Positions 62,841 through 64,000 of a DNA stretch of 64,000 bases are shown one piece after another. This stretch comes from Podarcis vaucheri (taxonomy: Eukaryota). The stretch lies in NCBI GenBank assembly GCA_965113315.1, contig OZ220376.1, one strand, 5' to 3'. How positions within the stretch are numbered: position 1 is the stretch's first letter; every line of letters starts with the position of its first letter. The notes beneath the pieces were generated by a model. The model worked only from the letters and a program-made list of their open reading frames with translations, was not told the DNA's origin and did no database searches. The position numbers were made by a program, and so were the translations under genes.

Positions 62841-63082
62841 CAGTGGTACCTCGGGTTAAGAACTTAATTCGTTCTGGAGGTCCGTTCTTAACCTGAAACT
62901 GTTCTTAACCTGAAGCACCACTTTAGCAAATGGGGCCTCCTGCTGCCGTCGTGCCGCCAGAGCACGATTTCTGTTCTCAACCTGAAGCAAAGTTCTTAAC
63001 CCGTGGTACTATTTCTGGGTTAGCAGAGTCTGTAACCTGAAGCATCTGTAACCTGAAGCATCTGTAACCCATGGTACCACTG
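62841..63082 (-). mobile_element. Tc1/mariner MITE, family A
   Basis: CAGTGGTACC...GGTACCACTG with TA TSD; carries the duplicated 15-bp TGTAACCTGAAGCATC-type unit also present at 8511-8552. Confidence 0.92.
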
Positions 63083-63416
63083 TATTGCCAGTGCTGAAGT
63101 TACGTTGGACTTCTGTAAATGAAATAGACATGAGTGGGTGCCATCTTGTCCTTTTGCTCAGGCAGTCCCCACCTCTCAAATTTGTCATTTTGGGGAAAAG
63201 TGATGACCTGGTGGTAGTGACCCAACTCAGTGTTTAATTAGATGAAACAGATGATCCTCTCCAGTCTGGATTTGGGGCTGAGACATGTTTCAGGTACATG
63301 ACTCAATTATACTGCTAAATCTAGGATGTTCTTGTCCTATAACCTGCCTGGGTGGGTCAACTGTTTGAGTTCTGCATGTAAACTGCTCCTTGGAAGAGAA
63401 TCCTTGGAAGTAAATA

Positions 63417-63601
63417 CCATATTTACTCGAATGTAATGCACACCTTTTTTGGCCAAATTATGTTGCGATAATTAAGGTGTGCATTAGATCTGCTGGCGCA
63501 TTTATATTTGCTAGCAATTTTTGTTTGTTTGTTTGTTTCAAGGTTTTGAAAATTGTGGTGTGCATTAGATTCAATGGTACATTAGATTCATGTAAATACA
63601 G
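63417..63601. mobile_element. Tc2/pogo-like MITE
   Basis: TIRs CCATATTTACTCGAATGTAATG / CATTAGATTCATGTAAATACAG, TA on both sides, repeated internal GCATTAGAT. Confidence 0.75.
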
Positions 63602-64000
63602 TAATCCCTAATGATTATTACTGGTAGTATTATTATCCTTAGCTTTTTGGCTGCAACAAACAGCAGCGGTTCTGAATCTATAGTGCTAGCAGATCTCAGT
63701 GATGGCTCTAGAACAACCCAAAACTATATGAGTTTTCAGGTGTATAAAATCTAATCCAAAATTTCTTCTGTTTCTTTGCTGTTGTATAACATTTTTTTTA
63801 AAAAAATGCCACAAGTTTTGTCCTTTTTGTTTAGTGGACTAAACTGCACATTTCACATATTTTGTGACTGCTCTGAAATGCTACAGCAAAATGCTTCCAC
63901 AACTGTACATGAAGAAATGTGACGTTATAGCATATTAATGACAGTGGGACTCCTTCCAAGTGAAATGTTTAGGAGCTGCTGTTCATTGCTCATGATAAAC

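Overview
Vertebrate genomic DNA from a squamate reptile, probably a lacertid lizard, judged from Sauria-type SINEs, CR1 LINEs with (ATTCTATG)n tails and the L2/Penelope content. The window lies inside a large + strand gene, sidekick-1 (SDK1). Three internal coding exons (9998-10157, 19704-19810, 27599-27746; 160, 107 and 148 nt) splice in frame and encode Ig domain 1 and most of Ig domain 2. The rest is intron filled with transposons: Sauria and other tRNA-derived SINEs, CR1, L2, L1/Tx1, RTE, Penelope-like elements, a solo LTR, and Tc1/mariner, hAT and PIF/Harbinger MITEs, many with readable target-site duplications (TSDs). Most ORFs in the supplied track are spurious or transposon-derived. 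Main observations: (1) short Penelope-like insertions carry a minimal type-I hammerhead ribozyme directly behind a CCAAT/TATA/Inr promoter, and one copy forms a perfect 92-bp-arm palindrome with a ribozyme on each strand; (2) a candidate 9-nt frame-preserving microexon in the SDK1 Ig1 intron; (3) a ~99% identical inverted CR1 pair brackets the three exons, a circRNA-favouring layout. All calls are by eye; no database searches were run.
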